NCBI GenBank assembly: GCA_902512035.1
Contig: CABXHG010000002.1
Location: 7,152-71,151, forward strand
Length of the DNA: 64,000 bases
From: an uncultured Gammaproteobacteria bacterium
Lineage (GTDB): Bacteria; Pseudomonadota; Gammaproteobacteria; PS1; Pseudothioglobaceae
Reading direction: 5' to 3'
Position 1 is the first letter of the stretch; every line of letters begins with the position of its first letter. Below are positions 29,321 through 41,182 of the stretch, in pieces. The translations under genes were made by a program, and so were the position numbers. The notes beneath the pieces were generated by a model. It saw nothing but the letters and a program-made list of their open reading frames with translations, searched no databases and was not told where the DNA came from.

Positions 29321-31836
29321 AAAACTTTAACTCCATCTAATTTTTCAATAACTGGTTCAGACCATGGCCCAGAAATAACAAAAGTTACTTCAACGGCGTT
29401 ATCTAAAAGCCCGCTCATGACTTCGCCACCAAATAGCATCTTATCTGCAGCCCAAACACCAAACCCAGCAAGGCCTCCTCCAGCTAAATAAGTTGCCAAG
29501 GGTATGGTATCTGCAATAGCAGGCTGAACATTAGCTGCTAAATTATAGTCTTTTTTTATTATATCAACAGTTCCTGTCAACTCAATATCACTCTCTTCAC
29601 TCTCTACAAGAAAATAGTCGACTTTCGCAACGCCCTGATTTAATAATAATTTAGCATTGATGTGGTCATAAACGTACCCCTGCTCTCTTAACTCATCTCT
29701 AGACAGTCTAAGCCTATTAGCAATTGATTCTAGGTTAATAAAAGATAGAAGTTTAAAAAGGTTAGGGTCTTGATTTGTAAAAACCCCTTCAGCAACATCT
29801 ACTTGCATATATCCAGTTATTTTATTTAGAGAAACTTCCCATGGCTCGCAATCGCAATAGAGCCTCAAGTCGACATTAAAGCTCCCACCGATGACTGGCT
29901 CATCCATCCCAAACTTATCCAAAAAACTAGATAGACTTTCATTCGATGCTTTTGCTCTAAGCGCAGTTTTACCATTCAGCCAGCTACCATTAAAAACTAA
30001 ATCTTCATTACTCAAACCAATATTTTCAAATACTAAATTTTTTATTTCCATTACATATTCATGATTGATTAAGTCAGCTTCAAAATTTGGAATTTCTTTT
30101 TCATCAACTATCGAGTTTTTTGCTGACAAATGCAAAGTTGGAAAAATTTTTGGAGAAAGCTGCCAATCCTCAATATTGTCAAAACTTGAAACATTGAGTT
30201 CTCTGAGGTCCACAAAAAACTTACCATTCTCATCAATCAATAAATCAACGTCAGCACTTAGATTATCTGAACTAATAGTCCCTTTCCATTCATTATTTGA
30301 ATATTTCGTGATATAGACATCGGTCGCAGTTTTTAAATGGCTCAATTTAACTCTTATTCTTGAATTTTGTTCATTAATCCACTCTTTAGGATTTAAAGAA
30401 ATTTGAAATAGATCATCCCCAACAAGGCCTTTACCCTTTGTACTAATTTTTCCTTCATTAAATGTAATTTGTGTATTAAATTCATCGACACTAAGTTTTC
30501 CATCAAAAAGACTTAAGGTATTATCAGCAGCAAACATGTCAAAAGTTAACTTAAGTTTTTCATCACTATCCCTTTCAAGTGGAACCACCAAATTAACATT
30601 ACCCCATAGCCTTCCAGTCAATTCAAACTCATTGAAATACGCCTTGATTTTTTCAGAAACAGAAGATTGTTTAATAAATTCTTCTACTATTACACTCTGA
30701 GAATTAAATCTTGCGTTCAAAGATAATTTTGCATCTGGCTGATTAAAATCTCTTGTAGTTATACTTAGATAACTAAGATCAATATCTTCAACTCTTGCTT
30801 GATTTCCAACAATCTTTAAGTAATCATTTGAAAAATTTACTTTTGCATTGATGTTACTAATTGATGGCCATTTAGAGCTTGCATTAATTGTTGCCCCATT
30901 AAGATTTGCAGAAAATTTAGTACTGGGTGCTTCTATCTCGCCTGACATATTAAAACGAGTTGTGAGCATAATATCCGTCAATAATCCATCAGTTAAAACC
31001 TCTTCTATCCATAGCGCACTCTCAGAATTAGCTAATGTTTCAGGAAGATTTTGACTAATCTTTGACACTTCAATTTGATCAATATAACTCTCAAATTCAA
31101 GATAAACCTTGTCTTGTTGATTGAAAATTTTGACCTGAGCTGACAGATTAAAATCCTCATTATTGATGGAAAAAGGGATTATAGCCATTCGATCTTTTCG
31201 TGCCTTGGCAACATCAATACTCGTATTAATTCTGACAGAACTTCCTAGCTTGGGAACTTGAGAGCTACTAAATATTGATTCGTCACGCATAGATAAACTA
31301 ATCTTCTTCTCATTTCTCTTAAGCTCCATTGGAGCAAGATCTAGAGATTGCTCACCAATTAATTTCGTTCGATTAATTGAAAGAGATTTGATAGCTAGTA
31401 ATCCGGAAATACCAATATTTGATAGGACTCCATCGGTATTAATAATTGCCACGTACTCATCAATATAGGATGTATCAATTAATAATTCATTGATATCAAG
31501 ATGTCCAGGTATTTCAATTCCTTGATAAAGCGCTTTAAGATCGAAGTTCCATCTTAAAACATCTATTGTTGCAATCGGCTTCATACCATCAGCACTAATT
31601 TGGAGTTCTTTGACTGCAAGTAAGAGTTCATTTTCTTGGAATTCAAGAGATATTTTTTCAATGGCAATATCTAAACCACTAATCTCAGACAAACGATTTT
31701 CTATTTGTCCTTTAAGGGCTTGAGGAAACAAAATAAAAAATGCGACAACTACCAATAAAGCTAGTGCTATCAATGCAGTTATCCAAGTGCTAATCTTTAG
31801 AATATTGAGACTTCTTAGGAGGGTTTTTTTTAACAT
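29317..31836 (-). CDS. yhdP: YhdP/AsmA2-family intermembrane lipid-transport protein (short, 839 aa)
   Basis: N-terminal TM anchor, beta-rich body, AsmA_2-type C-terminus (SIANRLRL...ISGPWSEPVIE), ATGA-type overlap with tldD as in the usual yhdP-tldD locus. Confidence 0.75.
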   Translation of the reverse strand: MLKKTLLRSLNILKISTWITALIALALLVVVAFFILFPQALKGQIENRLSEISGLDIAIEKISLEFQENELLLAVKELQISADGMKPIATIDVLRWNFDLKALYQGIEIPGHLDINELLIDTSYIDEYVAIINTDGVLSNIGISGLLAIKSLSINRTKLIGEQSLDLAPMELKRNEKKISLSMRDESIFSSSQVPKLGSSVRINTSIDVAKARKDRMAIIPFSINNEDFNLSAQVKIFNQQDKVYLEFESYIDQIEVSKISQNLPETLANSESALWIEEVLTDGLLTDIMLTTRFNMSGEIEAPSTKFSANLNGATINASSKWPSISNINAKVNFSNDYLKIVGNQARVEDIDLSYLSITTRDFNQPDAKLSLNARFNSQSVIVEEFIKQSSVSEKIKAYFNEFELTGRLWGNVNLVVPLERDSDEKLKLTFDMFAADNTLSLFDGKLSVDEFNTQITFNEGKISTKGKGLVGDDLFQISLNPKEWINEQNSRIRVKLSHLKTATDVYITKYSNNEWKGTISSDNLSADVDLLIDENGKFFVDLRELNVSSFDNIEDWQLSPKIFPTLHLSAKNSIVDEKEIPNFEADLINHEYVMEIKNLVFENIGLSNEDLVFNGSWLNGKTALRAKASNESLSSFLDKFGMDEPVIGGSFNVDLRLYCDCEPWEVSLNKITGYMQVDVAEGVFTNQDPNLFKLLSFINLESIANRLRLSRDELREQGYVYDHINAKLLLNQGVAKVDYFLVESEESDIELTGTVDIIKKDYNLAANVQPAIADTIPLATYLAGGGLAGFGVWAADKMLFGGEVMSGLLDNAVEVTFVISGPWSEPVIEKLDGVKVL

Positions 31837-31917
31837 ATATTTGTTGCAATCAACTGCAAGATATTATAACCAAATGTATAATATTGCGGTATTTAATCTA
31901 ATCTAAGGGAAGATGCA

Positions 31918-32379
31918 ATGAGTCAAGGTTCAACAGGTTCTACAAAACTAATGCTAATCGTTTGGGTGCTTGTTATGATTTTTATTGGTTATAAATCATT
32001 TACCACTTCAAGTACTGATTCATCTCACAGTAATTCTATAGTTGATAATGCTGTTTTGGAAAGAATTAAGCCTGTTGGCGATGTAAGAATAGATACAAGT
32101 AACATGTTAGCATCAGCTGAGAGCAATGAATCTTCTGAACGCTCCGGTGAAGCAATATACAATAGCAAATGTGCGGGTTGTCATACTTCTGGAGTCATGC
32201 AAGCACCTAAATACGCTTCTCTAGAAGACTGGTCAACTAGAATAGACCTTGGTATAGAAAAGCTGACACTATCTGCAATTGCTGGAAAGGGCGGCATGCC
32301 TCCAAGAGGAGCCTGCATGGATTGCACCGATAACGAAATAAAGGATACGGTTCAATATATTCTGGATAGTCTAGAGTAA
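31918..32379 (+). CDS. Membrane-anchored cytochrome c5
   Basis: N-terminal TM, ERIKPVG, CAGCH heme motif, MPPRG axial Met, CMDC. Confidence 0.92.
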   Translation: MSQGSTGSTKLMLIVWVLVMIFIGYKSFTTSSTDSSHSNSIVDNAVLERIKPVGDVRIDTSNMLASAESNESSERSGEAIYNSKCAGCHTSGVMQAPKYASLEDWSTRIDLGIEKLTLSAIAGKGGMPPRGACMDCTDNEIKDTVQYILDSLE

Positions 32380-32383
32380 CAAT

Positions 32384-32875
32384 TTATTGGCTTAAAGGCT
32401 GAAAAACACCCAAACTTCTATTTTTTTCAACATCTTGCCAAGGTAGAACTCTTCCGTTCATTGCTATATAGATGCCTGAATCAAGAAGCTGAAGAGATCC
32501 TAGTGCACATCCAAAATTAAATAATGCATCTGAATTGCTGACCGCATAAGGAACCATAGAGCCAAACAAAACAATAGTTTTGTTAATCTTACTCTCTCCT
32601 AGTAGTTTTGCTGTCTCACACATAGTATCTGTTCCATGCGTTATTAATATGAAATCTTCCTCGCTTTTTTTACACTTATCTAAAATTAATTGGCGATCTG
32701 CCTCAATCATATCTAGACTATCAATGAGGAGCAGCTCCTCTGGAATGATATTAACTTCAATTCTAGATCTCTCAATTATTTCAGGAAAATGTGTCTTATC
32801 AAATTCAAGCTCCCCATTTGACTGGTTATAAAACTTATCAATTGTTCCGCCTGTAATCATTAACCTAACTTTCAT
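32384..32875 (-). CDS. Single-domain asparaginase-family protein
   Basis: TGGTI and THGTDT catalytic motifs, SDA; 163 aa. Confidence 0.88.
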   Translation of the reverse strand: MKVRLMITGGTIDKFYNQSNGELEFDKTHFPEIIERSRIEVNIIPEELLLIDSLDMIEADRQLILDKCKKSEEDFILITHGTDTMCETAKLLGESKINKTIVLFGSMVPYAVSNSDALFNFGCALGSLQLLDSGIYIAMNGRVLPWQDVEKNRSLGVFQPLSQ

Positions 32876-32904
32876 ATCAATACCTTCTTTTTGCTAACTT
32901 AATA

Positions 32905-33535
32905 CTAATTATAGCTTCTCTGTCCAAAAATATCTGTACCAACCCTTACCAGGTTTGCCCCATTCTCTATTGCTATCTCAAGATCCGATGACATTCCCAT
33001 TGAGAGAGAGTCAAGAGAGGGATATTTTGCAATTAAATGTTTCATTTCAACAAAACTATTTGCTGAATTTTCTGGCTTAGGTATAGACATAAAACCTCTC
33101 AAAGAGAGATTTGGGAGTTTAGTAATTTCTGAAACAATCTCTTCCACTTCTTCAATGAGAACGCCCGACTTGGTCTCCTCTCTGTCTATATTGACCTGAA
33201 TTAAAATATTTAATGGACCTAGTTTAGAGCTTCTTTGATCGCTCAACCTTTGAGCGATTTTGATTCTATCAACACTATGCACCCAATCAAAGTTATCAGC
33301 TATTGAGGCAGTTTTATTTGATTGAATAGGTCCAATGAAGTGCCATACCAATCCATTTCCTTTAAAAAAATTGATTTTATCAATTGACTCCTGGAGATAG
33401 TTCTCTCCAAAATGCAGCTGTCCAGCGTTAACAGCCTCTTGAATTTCAGACGTTGAGCGAGTTTTACTCACAGCAATAAGCTGAACATCTTGAATAGATT
33501 GAATTGAATCTATTCGAGATAAGACTTGTTTTAAA

Positions 33536-33549
<14 letters not shown>
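32905..33549 (-). CDS. yggS: PLP homeostasis protein YggS
   Basis: AVSKT, FGENYLQE, WHFIGPIQSNK, LSMGMS, VRVGTDIFG; start moved to MISDNLK. Confidence 0.95.
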
Positions 33550-35279
<1,730 letters not shown>

Positions 35280-35302
35280 TTAACTATAAAAAACTTGCGA
35301 GT

Positions 35303-35311
35303 ATTTTAACA
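35303..35311 (-). promoter_or_regulatory. Extended -10 promoter upstream of argB
   Basis: Minus strand TGTTAAAAT. Confidence 0.45.
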
Positions 35312-35321
35312 GCGATGAGGC

Positions 35322-35747
35322 TTAATGACAGGCTTTACCTAATTTTTTTAATCGCCAGTAGTTATAGGGCCATGGCGTTATAAAGCCAAAAAATAATGAA
35401 ATTGGAAGCACCCAAAGAGCAAATACGGCTCCTCCAGTAAGTAAATAATCAACCAAATTCATCGCAAATTCCATTGAAATCATTGAAATTAAACTCATTC
35501 CAAGGGCTGTCTTGAGTGCAACCTTAAGCACAATGGATTGACGCATTAATATAAAAGTTTCAAGAATGATGCTCGCAATTATTCCGTTTAGCATCGCCAA
35601 AGCAAAAATATTAACAACGGGCCAGCCGCTGTCTTGAAGCAGCGCGATTGTTCCAAAATCACCTGCTGCACATCCAATCAAACACCACTTGGTATTATTT
35701 GCACTGGTACGCCATGTGTGACTACAAGACCAAAAATTATCGCTCAT
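35322..35747 (-). CDS. DUF4396-like membrane protein
   Basis: WCLIGCAAGDFG, SMISMEFAMNLVD, PWPYNYWRL...ACH pattern. Confidence 0.7.
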   Translation of the reverse strand: MSDNFWSCSHTWRTSANNTKWCLIGCAAGDFGTIALLQDSGWPVVNIFALAMLNGIIASIILETFILMRQSIVLKVALKTALGMSLISMISMEFAMNLVDYLLTGGAVFALWVLPISLFFGFITPWPYNYWRLKKLGKACH

Positions 35748-35812
35748 TGAATTTTATTTGTGACCGCTGATTACAAGTATTTTAAAGTCAATACAAGAAT
35801 TGAAATCTCTTC

Positions 35813-36946
35813 TTACAAAAATATTTCCTGAAGCTCATTAAGAAAGCTACATCCTTTTTTGGTTGGCTTTATCCAATGACTCCCTAAATCCAACAAACCG
35901 AGATTTTCAGCTTCTCGCATTTGAGAATTCAACAATTTGATTGACTGGCCTGTTCTTGATTCAAATAACTTGGGATCAAAGCCACCAATGAGTCTAAGAC
36001 TGTTGAGCATAAATTCAAAAGACAAAGTATCAATAACTTTTATACTAGAAATTTGCTGACTATTTTTCACTGCCAGCAAGTAATCTTTAGGTGACTTGAG
36101 TTTTAAAGTTCTCGATATTTTATGTGTATCCATATCCGTTATCTTTCCGTGTGCCCCTGCACCTATTCCAATATAGTCACCAAACTCCCAGTAATTCAGA
36201 TTGTGTTTGGATGGCTCAGAGCTGTAGGCAGAGACCTCATACTGATTGAACCCATTTTGATTCAAAAGCTTAGCGCCTCTTTCACCCATCTCCCAAATAT
36301 CCTCGTCTAAAGGAAGACTTGGTGGAAACTTAGAAAATAATGTATTTGGCTCAATTGTTAGCTGATAAAAAGAGATATGACTTGGATTTAGACTAACTGC
36401 TTTCGTGACATCATCAATACACATCTCCACACTCTGCCCATTTAAACCATACATCAAATCAATATTTAAATTATTAAAACCGACATTTTGAGCCTTTGAT
36501 ATAGCATTTAATGCTTCAATACCAGTATGGATTCTTCCAAGAAATTTAAGCTGTTTGTCTTTAAAAGATTGCACGCCTATCGATAATCGATTAATTCCTA
36601 AATTTCTAAATTCAGCAAACTTGTCAACTTCAAATGTTCCTGGATTTGCCTCTAGTGTAATTTCAATATTGTCTGCAAAATCTAGCCTACCTTTTAGTCC
36701 CACAAATAAATCATTTACATCTTTGATACTCATCAAACTTGGAGTCCCGCCACCAATAAATATTGAGTTAACTTTTCTATTTTGAACATACTCTAAATCA
36801 TTATCTAAGTCTTTGAGTAATGCATTGATATAACCATCATGAACCTTGTCTTCATGAGAGTTAAAGTCACAGTATGGACATTTTTTTAAACACCATGGAT
36901 AATGGATGTATAGTGAAAGTGGGGGCAGTTTAAGTAATTTATTCAA
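35813..36946 (-). CDS. hemW: Radical SAM heme chaperone HemW
   Basis: LYIHYPWCLKKCPYCDFN, GGGTPS, HNLNYW; adjacent to rdgB. Confidence 0.94.
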   Translation of the reverse strand: MNKLLKLPPLSLYIHYPWCLKKCPYCDFNSHEDKVHDGYINALLKDLDNDLEYVQNRKVNSIFIGGGTPSLMSIKDVNDLFVGLKGRLDFADNIEITLEANPGTFEVDKFAEFRNLGINRLSIGVQSFKDKQLKFLGRIHTGIEALNAISKAQNVGFNNLNIDLMYGLNGQSVEMCIDDVTKAVSLNPSHISFYQLTIEPNTLFSKFPPSLPLDEDIWEMGERGAKLLNQNGFNQYEVSAYSSEPSKHNLNYWEFGDYIGIGAGAHGKITDMDTHKISRTLKLKSPKDYLLAVKNSQQISSIKVIDTLSFEFMLNSLRLIGGFDPKLFESRTGQSIKLLNSQMREAENLGLLDLGSHWIKPTKKGCSFLNELQEIFL

Positions 36947-37526
36947 TGCTCAACAACTCTCCGAGCAAGTCATTTAAAGCAAGACCTCGGTGTGATATTT
37001 TATTTTTCACATCGGGCTTAAGCTGGGCCGAACTGCAACTATAGTCTTGTAAATAAAAAATAGGATCATAGCCAAACCCATTTGTTCCAATTGGCTCTCT
37101 CAGTAATTCACCTTTCCATCGCCTCTCTACAATAATAGGATTTAAATCTTCTGCATCTCTTACAAAAACCATTGCACAACAGAAATAAGCTTGACGATTA
37201 TTGTGATGCTCCATATTTAATAGAAGTTTTGCTACATTTTCTTCATCTGTTGCGCCTTCTCCAGCATATCTAGCTGAGTAAATACCTGGCTCACCATTCA
37301 GCGCATCTAATTCAAGGCCAGAGTCATCAGCCAAAGCGGGGAGTTTAGTTTGCAAAGAGGCATTTCTTGCTTTTATTAATGCATTTTCAATAAAAGAGCT
37401 TCCAGTCTCCGGAACTTCTCTAACCTGCAAATCCTTTTGAGAGACAACACTATAATGCCCCTTAAGCATTGCATTTAACTCTCTTACCTTTCCAGGGTTT
37501 CCGGTTGCAAGGATAATTTTTTTCAT
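36939..37526 (-). CDS. rdgB: dITP/XTP pyrophosphatase
   Basis: [33 protein letters not shown]; true start MKKIIL at 37526. Confidence 0.96.
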   Translation of the reverse strand: MKKIILATGNPGKVRELNAMLKGHYSVVSQKDLQVREVPETGSSFIENALIKARNASLQTKLPALADDSGLELDALNGEPGIYSARYAGEGATDEENVAKLLLNMEHHNNRQAYFCCAMVFVRDAEDLNPIIVERRWKGELLREPIGTNGFGYDPIFYLQDYSCSSAQLKPDVKNKISHRGLALNDLLGELLSIE

Positions 37527-37563
37527 CGTGTATAATAATTTCGAACTCAAAGATGGAGGCAAC

Positions 37564-38226
37564 ATGACCCAAGATGAATTGAAAAATGAGGTTGCTAAGG
37601 CCGCACTTAAGTATGTTGTTCCTGAAACCATTATAGGCGTTGGCACAGGGTCTACAGCAAATTTTTTCATTGATCAGCTAGCAACAATTAAGAGCTCCAT
37701 CAAAGGCGCTGTTGCAAGCTCAATTGAAACAGCGAATCGCCTCAAAAGTCATGGTATTGATGTTTTTGATTTAAATGAAGTCAGCGAAATTTCAGTTTAT
37801 ATTGATGGTGCCGATGAATCTGATCATCATTTAAACCTCATTAAGGGTGGAGGTGGAGCCTTGACTCGTGAAAAAATTGTCGCAGCAGTGTCCAAGCAAT
37901 TTGTTTGCATAGCTGACGATTCAAAGCTCGTTGATGTTTTAGGTCAATTTCCTTTGCCAATTGAAGTTATCCCTATGGCAACAAAGTATGTAAAGCGAGA
38001 AATTATCAAATCTATTGGTGGAAATCCTGTTTTAAGGGAAGAATTTACTACCGACAATGGAAATCTGATACTTGATATTCATGGCCTTACTATTGATAGC
38101 CCTAAGACCCTTGAGAGTCAACTTAATAATATTGTTGGGGTTGTAACCAATGGATTATTTGCAAATCGAGGAGCTGATATACTCCTACTTTCTACTCAAA
38201 ATGGTGTTAACATGGTAAAACCCTAA
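37564..38226 (+). CDS. rpiA: Ribose-5-phosphate isomerase A
   Basis: [24 protein letters not shown]; ATG 37564 with GGAGG RBS. Confidence 0.97.
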   Translation: MTQDELKNEVAKAALKYVVPETIIGVGTGSTANFFIDQLATIKSSIKGAVASSIETANRLKSHGIDVFDLNEVSEISVYIDGADESDHHLNLIKGGGGALTREKIVAAVSKQFVCIADDSKLVDVLGQFPLPIEVIPMATKYVKREIIKSIGGNPVLREEFTTDNGNLILDIHGLTIDSPKTLESQLNNIVGVVTNGLFANRGADILLLSTQNGVNMVKP

Positions 38227-38330
38227 TAAAATTAAGGTTTTTCAAGCTGTTATAGGTCGGTCACTAGCCCTATTAAATAAAAGGCCAATAATCATTTTGG
38301 ATTATTAATAATGGACTTCGCTATCTTTAA

Positions 38331-38747
38331 ATGAAAAGATTTATAAAAATTCTAGCAAAAATTATCATTGTATTTCTTGGTCTCTGGTGCGTGGGCGCAT
38401 CTATTGCAGCCCTTTATGGCGTTGCACTCTATTTTCCCTTCTATATTTCTGAAGGAAATGAGATACCTTACCATCGGATGCAGTCGACAAGAATTACCAT
38501 TTTATTATCATTTTCTTTTTACTCATTAAAATACTTAGTTTCTGAATCTAAGCAGTTATATCCCATTCAGTTTTTAGATACTATCCTAAAGATTTATGTG
38601 CTTTCATCTCTAGCTCTTTTCATAAGATATGATGTTATAAGAAGTGAATACATTGTGTTATTTTTTCTTTTTCTTATGGCTATCGTTTCGCATATAGTCT
38701 CAAGGCCTAAATTGAGAAGATATTATTATTCAAAGTTCTCCGATTAA
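38331..38747 (+). CDS. Hypothetical membrane protein (about 4 TM)
   Basis: 138-aa hydrophobic ORF filling an intergenic gap; no recognised motif. Confidence 0.65.
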   Translation: MKRFIKILAKIIIVFLGLWCVGASIAALYGVALYFPFYISEGNEIPYHRMQSTRITILLSFSFYSLKYLVSESKQLYPIQFLDTILKIYVLSSLALFIRYDVIRSEYIVLFFLFLMAIVSHIVSRPKLRRYYYSKFSD

Positions 38748-38821
38748 CTATATAGACTTTACTTCTTTAAAACTCCTAATTCTGTTATTATTAAATTCAA
38801 TAACATTAATTTAAATTAAGA

Positions 38822-39253
38822 ATGCACAACTTTACACCTGTCAGCGCCCTTATTGGAGGAGTTATTATAGGCCTTTCCGTCGTTTTATATTTTTATACTA
38901 CTGGAAGGTTGGCTGGGATAAGTGGTATTTTTGAAAATGCTATTTCAAATACCTCGCTTAGACTTTCTAACACCCTTTTTTTAATAGGTTTGGTCATTGG
39001 TCCATTACTTATCTACAATATTATTTTGCCAAATAATCCAATCGCTTTTGAAATAACCAACTCCTACCTGCTGATTATTCCTGGCGGTTTTTTAGTTGGC
39101 TTTGGAACAAGGCTTGGAGGTGGCTGCACTTCTGGTCATGGTATATGTGGCATTGGCAGACTCTCGGTCAACTCAATGATTGCAACTGCACTGTTTGTCG
39201 CAACAGGAATCATCACGGTATTCATCCTTCAACAGCTTGGAGTGTACTTATGA
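38822..39253 (+). CDS. YeeE/YedE family sulfur-compound transporter, subunit 1
   Basis: GRLAGISG, GFGTRLGGGCTSGHGICG. Confidence 0.9.
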   Translation: MHNFTPVSALIGGVIIGLSVVLYFYTTGRLAGISGIFENAISNTSLRLSNTLFLIGLVIGPLLIYNIILPNNPIAFEITNSYLLIIPGGFLVGFGTRLGGGCTSGHGICGIGRLSVNSMIATALFVATGIITVFILQQLGVYL

Positions 39254-39660
39254 ATGACAAAATTATCTCCCTTATTTCAGGTGTAATCTTTGGCATTGGC
39301 TTAGTCATATCTGGAATGACAAATCCTGAAAAAGTGTTAGGTTTTTTGAGTATCACTCATAACTGGGATGCCTCACTTATATTCGTTATGGGAGGTGCTA
39401 TATTAGCATTTGCACCATTCTTCTTCCTTTTAAAAAATAAAGAAGTCTCGGCTTTAGGTGCAAAGATTGAATTACCTGAAAAACAAAATATCGATAATAA
39501 ATTACTTATTGGCTCTGCTCTTTTTGGAGTTGGTTGGGGCCTAGTTGGCTTGTGTCCGGGACCAGCTATTGCAGCTCTTGCAACTTTTGATCCCATTGTC
39601 ATCGTCTTCCTAGTTTCAATGGCTGCTGGAGTCTTAGCCAAAAAAAATATTATTAAATAA
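39250..39660 (+). CDS. YeeE/YedE family transporter, subunit 2
   Basis: SGMTNPEKVLGFL, WDASL, FGVGWGLVGLCPGP; ATG 39250 in ATGA overlap. Confidence 0.9.
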   Translation: MNDKIISLISGVIFGIGLVISGMTNPEKVLGFLSITHNWDASLIFVMGGAILAFAPFFFLLKNKEVSALGAKIELPEKQNIDNKLLIGSALFGVGWGLVGLCPGPAIAALATFDPIVIVFLVSMAAGVLAKKNIIK

Positions 39661-39706
39661 AGTCTTTTAATACTAAAGTGTTGCGACTTAAATTTTAGGT
39701 GCAATT

Positions 39707-39931
39707 ATGGCAAATCAAACCTTAGATATGTGCGGTTATGCATGTCCCATGCCGATTTTAAAAACTAAGCAAGCGCTTGCTTCAATGGCATCAAAAGAGG
39801 TGATCGAGATTATCTGTACAGACCAAAGCTCAAAAAAAGACTTTGTAGCTTTTTGTAATCAGCTTGGGCACAAACTAATCTCACAAAGAGATGAAGGAAA
39901 CAAGATCATCTTTAATATCGAAAAAAAATAG
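39707..39931 (+). CDS. TusA/YeeD family sulfur carrier
   Basis: LDMCGYACPMPILKTK (CPxP motif), DFVAFC. Confidence 0.9.
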   Translation: MANQTLDMCGYACPMPILKTKQALASMASKEVIEIICTDQSSKKDFVAFCNQLGHKLISQRDEGNKIIFNIEKK

Positions 39932-39932
39932 C

Positions 39933-40589
39933 CTATCTCCAATCAAGGACAGGCCATCCATTCTCTCGGGCCGCAGAAGTCAAGACTTTATCACTATTAA
40001 TTGCAACAGGATTATCCACCAACTCTAGAAGTGGTAGATCATTATGTGAGTCTGAATAAAAATAGGAGCCAATCAAGTTCTCTCCATTTTTATCCAGCCA
40101 AGGCATTAAGTTGTCAATTTTTCCAGATTGAAAACAAGGGATTCCAGAAACTTTACCCGTAAAACGCCCAGATTTAAACTCTGGCTCTGTTGCTAGAAAA
40201 TGATCAATTCCATACATCTCAACAATGGGTGATGTAATAAAAGTATTTGATGCAGTTATCACAAGAACTGTATCCCCATTCTCTTTATGTTTGTTAATAC
40301 AGTCTTGAGCCCTCTCAAGGAAGATGGGTTTGATTTTTGTTTCTATAAAGTTCTGACGAAACTCGTTTAGCTCGTCCAAAGAATATTCAGTTAAAATCTT
40401 AAAACTAAACTCTGCCCAGGCATAAATATCTAGCTTACCTATTTCATATTGATGATAAAAATACTCATTCATCTTCTGAAAAGATTCTTGATCAGAAATG
40501 ATGCCTTTATCACACAAAAACTCCCCCCATAGGTAATCACTATCTCCACCAATTAGAGTGTTATCCAAATCAAACATCGCTAAAGACAT
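39933..40589 (-). CDS. HAD-IB hydrolase (SerB-like; possible histidinol-phosphate phosphatase)
   Basis: FDLDNTL, ITAS, YSDSHNDLPLL. Confidence 0.85.
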   Translation of the reverse strand: MSLAMFDLDNTLIGGDSDYLWGEFLCDKGIISDQESFQKMNEYFYHQYEIGKLDIYAWAEFSFKILTEYSLDELNEFRQNFIETKIKPIFLERAQDCINKHKENGDTVLVITASNTFITSPIVEMYGIDHFLATEPEFKSGRFTGKVSGIPCFQSGKIDNLMPWLDKNGENLIGSYFYSDSHNDLPLLELVDNPVAINSDKVLTSAARENGWPVLDWR

Positions 40590-41182
40590 ACTTCTGACTC
40601 CACAATACTCATTATTTCTTCAATAGAATCAACAACTCTAATTAATTCAAAATTTTCCTGATTGACATAGGATTTATCAACCGTCTCCTTTATCCAAGAC
40701 AGCAGCGAGTTCCAAAAATTAGAGTCATACAACACAATCGGCACTTTCTTCATCTTGCGAGTCTGCATTAACGTTAAAACCTCCATTAATTCATCTGCTG
40801 TTCCATACCCTCCAGGAAAATAAATGCATGCACTAGAGTACTTAACGAGCATCACCTTTCTCGTAAAGAAGTAGTTGAAGGTAATATTTTCATCCAAATA
40901 TGGATTGCTAGATTGCTCTTGAGGTAACTCAATATTCAGGCCAATACTTTTAGATTTGCCTTCATAAGCCCCTTTATTTGCAGCACTCATAATTCCGGGG
41001 CCACCACCAGTAAATACGTTATAACCAGCATCAGATAAATCTTTACCTAGCTCATAAGCATCTTTATATAAAGGGTCTGAAGGCTCTATTCGAGCTGACC
41101 CAAAGACAGTTACATTATTTTTAAAACTTTGAAGTTTTTCTTTTGCTGATAATAATTCAGCACCGACGGTAACTAAACTCAT
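40580..41182 (-). CDS. LOG family nucleotide 5'-monophosphate nucleosidase
   Basis: [28 protein letters not shown]. Confidence 0.9.
   Translation of the reverse strand: MSLVTVGAELLSAKEKLQSFKNNVTVFGSARIEPSDPLYKDAYELGKDLSDAGYNVFTGGGPGIMSAANKGAYEGKSKSIGLNIELPQEQSSNPYLDENITFNYFFTRKVMLVKYSSACIYFPGGYGTADELMEVLTLMQTRKMKKVPIVLYDSNFWNSLLSWIKETVDKSYVNQENFELIRVVDSIEEIMSIVESEVCL

Noticed and set aside
31840-31859. FNR-like or TTGCA-N6-TGCAA palindrome between yhdP and cytochrome c5
   Set aside because: Two mismatches in one FNR half-site, single occurrence, cannot be assigned
37527-37670. 48-aa N-terminal extension of RdgB in the ORF track
   Set aside because: It overlaps rpiA on the opposite strand; family homology begins at [10 protein letters not shown] (37526)
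38287-38306. AATAATC-N6-GATTATT inverted repeat resembling a Fur box or terminator
   Set aside because: AT-only stem, no U-tract, poor fit to the 19-bp Fur consensus
39145-39249. Cys/His-rich leader (CNCTVC...HHGIH) on the second YeeE ORF that looks like a metal-binding motif
   Set aside because: It is an alternative frame of the first YeeE gene; the real start is the ATGA overlap at 39250
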